64,000 nucleotides of DNA, from the NCBI GenBank assembly GCA_035281445.1, contig DATEEA010000180.1:4909-68908 (forward strand). Direction: 5' to 3'. The translations under genes and the position numbers were made by a program. This stretch comes from Candidatus Polarisedimenticolia bacterium. Its GTDB lineage: Bacteria; Acidobacteriota; Polarisedimenticolia; JACPZX01; DASXTC01. Positions 1 to 7,792 of this stretch are shown here, piece after piece (positions within the stretch are counted from its first letter, which is position 1; every line of letters starts with the position of its first letter). The notes beneath the pieces were generated by a model. That model had not been told where the DNA came from, searched no databases, and saw only the letters and a list, made by a program, of their open reading frames with translations.

Positions 1-143
1 CGACGCCGCCAACCGGGCCATCGCCGCGCGGGCCGCCCGCTCCGCGCACTCCAGGGGCTCTCCGCCGGAGGCCAGCCCGGTGCCTGCGTTGATCATTGAC
101 GCACTGTACCAAAGCGGGGAGGCCGTGGCCAGGAACGCCCGGC

Positions 144-2561
144 TCAATCGCGCAGCACGGCGATCGTCGCTCCGTCCCCCCCTTCCCGCTCGCCGGCCGG
201 CTCCCACGAGGCGACGTGGACGTGCCCGGCCAGCGCCTTGCGCACGGCCTGCTTGAGCCGGCCCGTGCCGTGGCCGTGCACCACGCGGACGCGCGCGTGT
301 CCCGCCAGGCAGGCCTGGTCGAGGAACTTGTCCAGGCGGTCCAGCGCTTCCTCCACCCGCGCCCCGATCAGGTTCAGCTCCGCCCCCGGCTCCCCTCCCG
401 TCCTGCGATCCAGGCGCACGCCGGCGGGAGGCGTCCGCGCGGCGCGCGGCTCCTCCTGCCCGCCGCCGGGCTCCAGGTCGGCCAGCAGCACGGAGATCCT
501 CTTGCCCCTCACCGCCACCTCGGCCCGGCCCCGGGCGTCGACGGCCTCCACGATCCCCTCCTCGCGCGACCCGCCCACCCCTCGCAGCCGCACCCGCGTC
601 CCCGGGCGGATGGACGGTGTGGACGGTGTCAGGGGCGTCGCGGGAGAGGCGGCGCCGGGGGGAGGCGGGAGAGAGGCCTCCATCTGCTGGCGCAGAACGC
701 GCTGCCGGCGCCGGGCCTCGGCCCGCAGCTGCAGAGCCACGGCCCGGTCCTGGATGCCGGCCAGGTGCTCCTCGCGGGCGCGATCGAGCGCCTCGAGCGC
801 CGAGGCGATGGCCGCCCGCCAGCGCTCCTCCAGGGCCTCCGCTTCGCGGCGCTGCGCCGCGCGGGCCTCCTCGGCGAGCCTGCGCTCCTCCTCCCGCTGC
901 GCCCGCAGCCGGGCCAGCTCGCGCTCCTTCTCCTCCATCAGCCCCTGCAGCGCGGCCGCCCTCTGCTCGGCCTCCAGCCGGGCCGGGGACAGACGGCCGC
1001 GGGCGTCGGCGATGAGGTCCGGAGGGAGCCCCATCCGCTGCGCCAGATCGAGGCCTCCGCTGCGGCCGGCCAGGCCCGGCAGCAGGCGATACGTCGGGCG
1101 CAGGCTGCGAGCGTCGATCTCCATCGAGGCGTTGGAGGCGCCGGGCTGCGAGGCGGCGTACTCCTTCAGCGCCGCATGATGGGTCGTGGCGACCACCGCC
1201 GCGCCCCGCCGCCTGAAGTGATCGACGATGGCCACGGCCAGGGCCCCGGCCTCCTCCGGGTCGGTCCCCGCGGCCACCTCGTCGATCAGCACCAGCGCCG
1301 GAGGGACCAGATGGGACGCCATCTCCGAGACCCTGGCCATCCGCGCGGAGAACGTGCTGAGGCTCTCGGCGATCGACTGGTGGTCCCCGATGTCCGCGAG
1401 CACCTGGGCGAACAGCGGCAGCTCCGCGCGCGCCGCCGGCACCGGGAGCCCGGCCTGGTTCATCAGCGCCAGGAGCCCCAGGGTCTTGAGCGCCACCGTC
1501 TTGCCCCCCGCGTTGGGCCCCGACAGCACCAGCACCCCTCCCTCCGCGGGCATCTCCAGGGTCAGCGGCACGGACACGTCCCCCCGTGCGGCCAGGCCGC
1601 GCTCCAGCACCGGGTGCCGGGCCTCGAACAGCCTCACGAAGGGATCGCCTCGCTGCGGCGCGGGCTGGGCCAGATCGGCTCCCGCCTCCCCGGCCCAGGC
1701 GGCCACGGCCCCCAGCAGATCGAGGCGCGCCAGGCGGTCCACGGCGATCTCGATCTCCGCCAGGCGGGCGCGCAGCGACCCGGACCAGGCGGCGAGGATC
1801 CGCCGCGTCTCCGCCAGCTCCCTGTCGCGCACCGTCACCAGGTCGTTGTTCAGCTCCAGCGTCTCCAGCGGCTCCACGAACACGGTGGCGCCGGTGGAGG
1901 AGGTGCCGTGCACCACCCCCGGCACGGTCCCCCGCCCTTCCGGCCTGACCGGGATCACGAAGCGGCCGTTGCGGACGGTGACGTAGTCGTCCTGAAGGGC
2001 TCCCGCGCGGCCCGCCCTGTCCACCACCTGCTGCAGCGCGCGCTGGATCCGCGCTTCGAGGGCGGCGGCCTGCCGGCGCAGCGCCGCCAGCTCGGGGCCT
2101 GCGGCATCCTCCAGGCGGCCGTCGGCGGCGATCGCCCCGAGCATCGGCCTGATGGCGGCGTCGAGGTCGGGCAGCGACGCTCCCAGCTCCGACAACGCAG
2201 GGAAGCCGGCTCCGGCCGCAGCCAGCTCGCGGCGCGCCGACCCCGCCGCCGCCAGAGCGCCGGTGAGCCGGGCCACTTCCAGCGGATCCAGCACGCTCCC
2301 CTCGGGGCGCAGCCGCTCCACGACCGGCTGCGGATCGTCCAGCGGGCCGGGGCCGAGACGGCCGCCGTCCCGGCTCCAGCGAAGCGCCTCGGCGGTCAGC
2401 TCGCGCCGCCGCCCGATCTCTTCTCCTCCCGCGGCCGGCAACAGCGCTTCGAGGGCGCGCCGCCCCATCGGCGTGCGCGCGTGCGGCGCGATCAGGCGCT
2501 TGAGGGCGCCGAACTCGAGGGCGTCAAGGGTGCGGGAGTCCACCGGGCGGCCCTCAGGCAA
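144..2561 (-). CDS. mutS2: Endonuclease MutS2 (MutS ATPase domain plus C-terminal Smr domain)
   Basis: 805-aa ORF. Walker A 'LSGPNAGGKT'. C-terminal Smr 'RVRVVHGHGTGRLKQAVRKALAGH'. Long coiled-coil linker typical of MutS2. Track start is TTG at 2561; a GTG at 2543 with upstream 'gaggg' is an alternative start. Confidence 0.9.
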   Translation of the reverse strand: MPEGRPVDSRTLDALEFGALKRLIAPHARTPMGRRALEALLPAAGGEEIGRRRELTAEALRWSRDGGRLGPGPLDDPQPVVERLRPEGSVLDPLEVARLTGALAAAGSARRELAAAGAGFPALSELGASLPDLDAAIRPMLGAIAADGRLEDAAGPELAALRRQAAALEARIQRALQQVVDRAGRAGALQDDYVTVRNGRFVIPVRPEGRGTVPGVVHGTSSTGATVFVEPLETLELNNDLVTVRDRELAETRRILAAWSGSLRARLAEIEIAVDRLARLDLLGAVAAWAGEAGADLAQPAPQRGDPFVRLFEARHPVLERGLAARGDVSVPLTLEMPAEGGVLVLSGPNAGGKTVALKTLGLLALMNQAGLPVPAARAELPLFAQVLADIGDHQSIAESLSTFSARMARVSEMASHLVPPALVLIDEVAAGTDPEEAGALAVAIVDHFRRRGAAVVATTHHAALKEYAASQPGASNASMEIDARSLRPTYRLLPGLAGRSGGLDLAQRMGLPPDLIADARGRLSPARLEAEQRAAALQGLMEEKERELARLRAQREEERRLAEEARAAQRREAEALEERWRAAIASALEALDRAREEHLAGIQDRAVALQLRAEARRRQRVLRQQMEASLPPPPGAASPATPLTPSTPSIRPGTRVRLRGVGGSREEGIVEAVDARGRAEVAVRGKRISVLLADLEPGGGQEEPRAARTPPAGVRLDRRTGGEPGAELNLIGARVEEALDRLDKFLDQACLAGHARVRVVHGHGTGRLKQAVRKALAGHVHVASWEPAGEREGGDGATIAVLRD

Positions 2562-3654
2562 GAGGCCGGCGGCGCCTCAGCGGGCGGCGCGCGGCCGCCG
2601 GCGCGGGGACGACGCGGTCGTACTGCCTGCGCACGTCCTTCAGCAGGACGATGGCTGCTGCGGTGGTGGGGACGGCCAGCAGGAGCCCGGTGAAGCCGAA
2701 CAGCTCCCCGCCCACCAGCACGGCGAGCAGCACCAGGGCCGGAGGGAGCCCCAGGCCGCTCCCCATGACCCGCGGGGAGATCACCGTCCCCTCCAGCACC
2801 TGCCCCAGGATGAACACCCCGGCCACCAGGAGCGGCTGGAGCCAGGAGCCCCCGTCGAGAAAGGCCAGCAGCGCCGCGGGGAGGAAGCCGACCACCAGGC
2901 CCAGGTAGGGGACCATGTTGGCCAGCCCGCCCACCACGCCGATGAGCAGTCCCAGCGGGACGCCGAGGACGGTGAGCCCCACCGAGTAGATCACGGCCAG
3001 GAGCAGGGCCACCGTGAGCTGGCTCCTGACCCACGCCCTCAGCACGCGGTCCACCTCCACCGCCTGGCGGACGACGCCGGGACGCATGGCCTTGGGCACC
3101 AGGGCCATCGCCGCCTCCCTCAGCTCGGCGGGATCGGCCAGCAGGTAGTAGGCGAACACCGGGATGACCACGATGGTGAGGGTCCAGACCACCAGCCGCA
3201 CGACGCTGGTGAGCACGCCGAGAGCTCCGGTGGCAACCCAGCCGCCGAGGGTGGGCAGGAACCCCTGCACGCTCTCCAGGGCCTTGGCCCGCAGCGCCTC
3301 GACCTGGCCGGGATAGTGCTCGTCGACGTAGACGACGATCGGCTGGAGCTGCGTCCGGACCTGCGCCGCGTAGTCGGGGAGCCGCTGGTGGAAGCGCGCC
3401 ATCTGGGAGATCATCTCGGGGACGGCCAGAGCCAGCATCCCGGCCAGAACCAGGACCAGCGCGGCCATCACCGCCACGATGGCCACCTGGCGCGACGCCC
3501 CCGTCCTGCGCTCCACCAGCGAGACGGCGGGGTCCATGACGTAGGCGATCACCGCCGACAGCAGGAACGGCACGAGGATGTTGCCCGCCAGGTAGATGCC
3601 CGCCAGCGCCAGCACCACGGCCAGGACGGCCAGCGCGGTCCGCAGCCCGCTCAC
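2554..3654 (-). CDS. AI-2E family transporter (PerM/UPF0118 permease)
   Basis: 366 aa with about 8 TM helices throughout and a Gly-rich C-terminal half typical of AI-2E/PerM. GTG start overlaps the pgsA stop (GTGA). Confidence 0.8.
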   Translation of the reverse strand: MSGLRTALAVLAVVLALAGIYLAGNILVPFLLSAVIAYVMDPAVSLVERRTGASRQVAIVAVMAALVLVLAGMLALAVPEMISQMARFHQRLPDYAAQVRTQLQPIVVYVDEHYPGQVEALRAKALESVQGFLPTLGGWVATGALGVLTSVVRLVVWTLTIVVIPVFAYYLLADPAELREAAMALVPKAMRPGVVRQAVEVDRVLRAWVRSQLTVALLLAVIYSVGLTVLGVPLGLLIGVVGGLANMVPYLGLVVGFLPAALLAFLDGGSWLQPLLVAGVFILGQVLEGTVISPRVMGSGLGLPPALVLLAVLVGGELFGFTGLLLAVPTTAAAIVLLKDVRRQYDRVVPAPAAARRPLRRRRPLA

Positions 3655-4235
3655 GGCCCGCTCTCCTGGTTCGCCAGGCGCGTGGCCAGGTAGATGTAGT
3701 GGAACCCCGAGACCAGGGTGAGGGCGAGGCTCAGCCAGACCAGAAAGGGCCCGATGAAGTAGAGCTCTCTGTCCAGGACGTTGCCCAGCAGCAGGACGCA
3801 GACCGTCACGATCTGCACGGTGGTGGTGAGCTTGCCCGGCAGCGACGGCGGGAAGCGGGTCTTCCCCAGCGTCATGTACATGACCATCGAGATGAGGGAG
3901 ATGAACACGTCGCGGCTGATGGTGATGATCACCACGTAGATCGGCACGCGGTTCACCAGCTCCAGCTCGGGGAAGGCACGAGGGCGGTCGGGCAGCGCGA
4001 GCATCACGAACGCCGCCGTGAGCAGCAGCTTGTCGGCCATCGGATCGAGAATGGCCCCCACGCTGGTCTGCTGCTTCCAGACCCGCGCGATCAGCCCGTC
4101 CAGCATGTCGGTGATCCCCGCGGCCACGAACAGGGACAAGGCCCAGCCGCTGCGGTTGTACCCCACGGCCATGATGAAGAACGGGATGACCACCATGCGG
4201 AGGATGGTCAGGACGTTGGCGAGCGTCAGTCCCAT
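3651..4235 (-). CDS. pgsA: CDP-diacylglycerol--glycerol-3-phosphate 3-phosphatidyltransferase
   Basis: 194 aa. CDP-alcohol phosphatidyltransferase motif 'DMLDGLIARV...DPMADKLL'. Multi-TM. ATG preceded by 'ggggag'. Confidence 0.85.
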   Translation of the reverse strand: MGLTLANVLTILRMVVIPFFIMAVGYNRSGWALSLFVAAGITDMLDGLIARVWKQQTSVGAILDPMADKLLLTAAFVMLALPDRPRAFPELELVNRVPIYVVIITISRDVFISLISMVMYMTLGKTRFPPSLPGKLTTTVQIVTVCVLLLGNVLDRELYFIGPFLVWLSLALTLVSGFHYIYLATRLANQESGP

Positions 4236-4266
4236 CGGTTCACGCTCCCCTGCGGCGTGCCGCCGC

Positions 4267-5208
4267 TCAGCGCGGCTCGCGGGGTTCCCTGGGGGCCGGC
4301 GACGGCGGCTGGGGCCTGGGCCTGGCGGTGGGCGGCGTCATCGGCGGTGGAGCGGGAGCCTGCGGCAGCAACACCACCACCCGGCATTCCTTCAAGAAAG
4401 GGGTCCTGGCCGCTTCGGCCAGGATCCGCTCCGCGTCGCGCAGGCCGATCACGATGTCGCTGTGCAGCTCCCCTTCCGCCCTCACGGCTCGCGCCTCGAT
4501 CGGGCGGCTCCCGGCCCGGCGACCGACGGCCTCCGACCCCTCGCGGGCGACCGCGTAGCCGGCGAGGCCGAACTGCCTGGCGATGGCCGGATCGACGGTC
4601 GCCGGCCCGTGGACGACGCGGCCCTCCGTGTCCAGGATCCTGGGAAGGAGCGCGGGAGCCGCCCTCCGGTCCTCCGTCAGGTGGCGCGCGTCGATCACCA
4701 GCCCGGTGATGTCCTCCCCCTGCGCGGGGATCGCCAGCGACGCCGTGGTCACCCCCGCGCCGTCCTCCGGGCTCCGGCCCAAAGGGAGGAGCAGTCCCAG
4801 GACCCCCCGATCGCCGCGCAGCCCGATGGTCATGGAGACGCGGAACAAAGGCCCCTCGTCCTGGACGACCGACGTGGCCGGCTCCTGGTCCAGCATCTTC
4901 GCGTACCGGGCCATCACCTGCTCCTCGGCGCCCAGCCGGCGTGAGGCGTCGAGCGGAGCCTGCGCCAGCGCTTCCAGCAGGCGTGCGCGCGCGTCGCGGG
5001 CCGCCTTTTCCTTGTTCTCCTCGTAAAGCGGAGGCCGGTCCTTGATGGGGCGCAGGATGGGCGCGCGCCCGGTCGCCACCGCGCTGCCGTCGAGCCAGTC
5101 GATGGCGGCCCCGTTGGCGTGCGCCTGGAGGTACGCTTCGGCCTGGACGGGCGCGGCCGCGGCGAGCAGCAAGGCCGCCGGCAGCCCGGGGACGAGGAGA
5201 CGCTTCAT
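4267..5208 (-). CDS. Hypothetical exported protein with Pro-rich C-terminal tail
   Basis: Internal ATG of the 461-aa track ORF at 5206-5208 gives 'MKRLLVPGLPAALLLAAAAPVQA', a signal peptide. This ATG overlaps the hfq stop (ATGA). The upstream part of the track ORF is an out-of-frame read across hfq. No recognisable domain. Confidence 0.55.
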   Translation of the reverse strand: MKRLLVPGLPAALLLAAAAPVQAEAYLQAHANGAAIDWLDGSAVATGRAPILRPIKDRPPLYEENKEKAARDARARLLEALAQAPLDASRRLGAEEQVMARYAKMLDQEPATSVVQDEGPLFRVSMTIGLRGDRGVLGLLLPLGRSPEDGAGVTTASLAIPAQGEDITGLVIDARHLTEDRRAAPALLPRILDTEGRVVHGPATVDPAIARQFGLAGYAVAREGSEAVGRRAGSRPIEARAVRAEGELHSDIVIGLRDAERILAEAARTPFLKECRVVVLLPQAPAPPPMTPPTARPRPQPPSPAPREPREPR

Positions 5209-5492
5209 TCCTTCTTGCCCTCGAAGTCGATGAAGTTGCCGAACCCCTGCGCTTCGCGCTTCTCCACCTTGCCCGGCTCCGGGGCGCGGTAGGCGGCGAT
5301 GGTGGAGACGGCGTGCTTGAAGATCATCTGCTCGCCGGTCCTGGTGTCCAGCAGAAAGGTGAACTTGTCGAACGATTTCACCATTCCGGAGACACGCTGC
5401 CCGCTGTTCAGGGTGACCGTCACCCGGACGCGGTCCTTCCTGATCTGGTTGAAGAACCCGTTCTGCACATTCAGAGAATTGTCGTTGTCCAT
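5205..5492 (-). CDS. hfq: RNA chaperone Hfq
   Basis: Sm-like core 'VRVTVTLNSGQRVSGMVKSFDKFTFLLDTRTGEQMIFKHAVSTI'. True start 'MDNDNS' (ATG 5490-5492). The 47 residues upstream in the track ORF are a Gly/Arg-rich artefact. Lies immediately downstream of miaA, the conserved miaA-hfq arrangement. Confidence 0.9.
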   Translation of the reverse strand: MDNDNSLNVQNGFFNQIRKDRVRVTVTLNSGQRVSGMVKSFDKFTFLLDTRTGEQMIFKHAVSTIAAYRAPEPGKVEKREAQGFGNFIDFEGKKE

Positions 5493-6463
5493 CGCCCGCC
5501 CCTCGCTGCGACCGCCTCCCCCCTGCCCGAGCCGTCGAGCAGGGCGGCCGCCCTCTCCTCCAGCTCCCGGAGGCCCCCCCCGGCTTCGTCCGGAACGTCG
5601 AGCCAATGGACCCCGGCTTCCTTGCCGAACCACGCCCTCTGGCGCCGAGCATACCGGCGCGTGTTGCGCTTCACCAGCCTGATCGCGTCGTCCAGCCCGA
5701 TCTCTGCGCGGATGTGGGCGGCCGCCTCCCGGTATCCGAGGGCCTTCAGAGCGTTGGCGGAAGCCGGCACGCCGGAGGCCAGCAGCCCCCGCACCTCCTG
5801 CACCAGCCCCGCCTCGAACATCCGATCGACCCTCGCCTCGATCCTCCGGTGAAGGGCGGCCTTGTCCATCCTCAGGCCGATCAGGACGGCAGGCCGGCGC
5901 CCCGGCCGGAACCGGCTGGCGGCGATGTGATGCTCCAGGCTGCGGCCGGTCAGGGCGTGCACCTCCAGGGCGCGCACGATCCGCTGGAGATCGTTCGGGC
6001 CGATGCGGGAAGCCGAGACCGGGTCGATCGCCGCCAGCTCCCGGTGCAGAGCCGGGACCGGGCCTGCGGCCGCCCGGGCGTACAGCGCCGCGCGCACGGC
6101 CTCGTCGCGCGGCGGCATGGGCGCGATGCCGTGCAGCAGCGCCCGCAGGTAGAGACCGGTGCCGCCGGCCACGATGGGACGGGCTCCCGCGGCGTGGCAG
6201 GCATCGATCGCCTCGCCGGCCAGCCGCGCGAAGGTCCCCGCCGAGAACGGCTCCGCCGGGTCGGCCACGTCGATCAGCTCGTGGCGCGCCAGACGCCTGG
6301 CCTCGCGGGAGGGCTTGCAGGATCCGGCGTCCAGCCCCCGGTAGACCTGGATGGAGTCGGCGTTGATGATCCAGCCGCCGAGCCGGCGGGCCAGCCGCAG
6401 CGCCAGCTCGCTCTTGCCGGTCGCCGTGGGGCCCAGGATCACGAGCAGATCGCCGCCCGGCAT
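5471..6463 (-). CDS. miaA: tRNA dimethylallyltransferase
   Basis: Internal start 'MPGGDLLVILGPTATGKSELALRLA' (P-loop) at 6461-6463. IPP-transferase motifs 'INADSIQVYRGLD', 'GGTGLY', 'RYARRQRAWF'. The 118-aa N-terminal extension in the track ORF is Arg/Cys/Trp-rich and rejected. Confidence 0.9.
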   Translation of the reverse strand: MPGGDLLVILGPTATGKSELALRLARRLGGWIINADSIQVYRGLDAGSCKPSREARRLARHELIDVADPAEPFSAGTFARLAGEAIDACHAAGARPIVAGGTGLYLRALLHGIAPMPPRDEAVRAALYARAAAGPVPALHRELAAIDPVSASRIGPNDLQRIVRALEVHALTGRSLEHHIAASRFRPGRRPAVLIGLRMDKAALHRRIEARVDRMFEAGLVQEVRGLLASGVPASANALKALGYREAAAHIRAEIGLDDAIRLVKRNTRRYARRQRAWFGKEAGVHWLDVPDEAGGGLRELEERAAALLDGSGRGEAVAARGGRWTTTIL

Positions 6464-6587
6464 GGCCTTCGCCGCCCTCAGACCGCGCCGGCCGAGCGCA
6501 GCCACCACCACAGCAGCAGGGCCAGCCCCAGCAGGGCGGCTCCGGCCAGCCGCTCCCGCCCGGTGGCCGGCCGCGCCTCGCGGGACC

Positions 6588-7682
6588 TCACGCGCGGCTG
6601 CATCGCAGCTCCCGCAGGCGGCGCACGACCTGCGCCTCGTGATCCGGGCCGAGGATGCGGCGCACCGCCACGACCATCGCCCGCAGGTAGTCCTGCAGCC
6701 CGGCCACCAGCATGTCCCTTCGGCTCTGGTCGCGGGCCGCGTTGACGTTGCGCACCAACTGGTCCTCGGGGAGCGAGCCGTCGCGCCCCGCGGCCGCTCG
6801 CGCGAACAGCGCGGCATGCTGGTCGCGGACCTCTCTCATGTGCTTGTCCAGGAGCTGCTCGGCGATGGGCCCGACTTCCTTGATCATGTGGGCGCAGAGA
6901 AAGACATACAGCTCGTTGTAGATGCGGACGGCGGCGCGCAGCTCGGCGGGCGAATCACCCGGGGGGAGATCGGGGGGCGCGTCGAAGACTCCCGCCTGCG
7001 CCTCCTTCCGCCCGGCGCCGTCCTCGCGGGCCGGGGCGGCGCCTCCCGCCGGGGCCAGGCAGCCCGCGGTGGCCAGCAGGGCCAGGGTGCGCAGGGTGTC
7101 CGCTTCCCCGATCTCGCTGAGCCAGCAGATCTCGGAGACCTTGCGCCGCCCGTCGGCGAGCGACAGCACGTAGACTTCGTGCGGCAGCAGCGACACGCAG
7201 CAGGAGAGCGGTTGCGGCACTTCGTCCGGGGCCGGCAGCCGCGACGACAGCATCGCCCAGGCGGCGCTCTCCCGCAGGGCCGCCATCACCACTTCCCGCG
7301 GATCGAGCCTCACGGTGATGGCGCCGGGGTCGGGCCCCGCCGCCTCCTCGAAGGCGTACTCACCGGCGCGCCAGGTCATGGTGTCGCGCGCCAGGAAGCA
7401 GGCCCGCCGCTCGGCCCATTCGCAGAGTCCGGCGGGGGTGATCCCCCCCGCCTCCACCAGGGCCGGGCCGCGGCGCGATCCCGATCCGATGAGCCGGCGC
7501 ACGTCGGTCAGCCGCTCCTCGGAGAGGGCCCCGGCCGTGAACAGCAGCCACTCCAGGGCGTCGGTGTCGGCGGAGGAGTCGGCGCAGACCACCACCCCGT
7601 CGCGCAGGTAGAGGTCGCGGCGCACTCCGTCCCGCTCGGCGCGCAGGCGGCCGGTCGCCGATCGGCCCTGGAGGTCCAGCAC
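6588..7682 (-). CDS. DUF4388 domain-containing protein
   Basis: C-terminal real portion of the 1159-aa track ORF. Two DUF4388-like units ('TGRLRAERDGVRRDLYLRDGVVVCADS...ALEWLLF' and 'MTWRAGEYAFEE', matching the W..G.F.F signature). Normal amino-acid composition. Start uncertain: in-frame GTG at 7682, or TTG at 7796 overlapping the SpoIID stop. The ATG at 7379 is too far inside the domain. Confidence 0.5.
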   Translation of the reverse strand: MLDLQGRSATGRLRAERDGVRRDLYLRDGVVVCADSSADTDALEWLLFTAGALSEERLTDVRRLIGSGSRRGPALVEAGGITPAGLCEWAERRACFLARDTMTWRAGEYAFEEAAGPDPGAITVRLDPREVVMAALRESAAWAMLSSRLPAPDEVPQPLSCCVSLLPHEVYVLSLADGRRKVSEICWLSEIGEADTLRTLALLATAGCLAPAGGAAPAREDGAGRKEAQAGVFDAPPDLPPGDSPAELRAAVRIYNELYVFLCAHMIKEVGPIAEQLLDKHMREVRDQHAALFARAAAGRDGSLPEDQLVRNVNAARDQSRRDMLVAGLQDYLRAMVVAVRRILGPDHEAQVVRRLRELRCSRA

Positions 7683-7792
7683 GAGATGGGAGATGTCGGG
7701 TGAGCCTATCGAACCGCGGAGAGGCTTGGTCTGCACGATGGCGGAAACCCCCGGAAACCGCGCAGCGATGGTAGTGAACGCCCAGGGGGAAG

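Noticed and set aside
1-96. Possible 5' end of a minus-strand gene running off the left edge ('MINAGTGLASGGEPLECAERAARAAMARLAAS...')
   Set aside because: Only 32 codons visible, no SD, no recognisable motif. Cannot be distinguished from a chance open frame in GC-rich DNA.
96-2693. 865-aa plus-strand ORF overlapping mutS2 antisense (with nested ORFs 238-1179, 617-1015, 1228-1986, 1586-1948, 2152-3693)
   Set aside because: Extreme Arg/Gly/Pro/Ala/His composition, no motifs, fully overlapped by the well-supported mutS2 / AI-2E / pgsA genes. Typical GC-rich antisense shadow ORFs.
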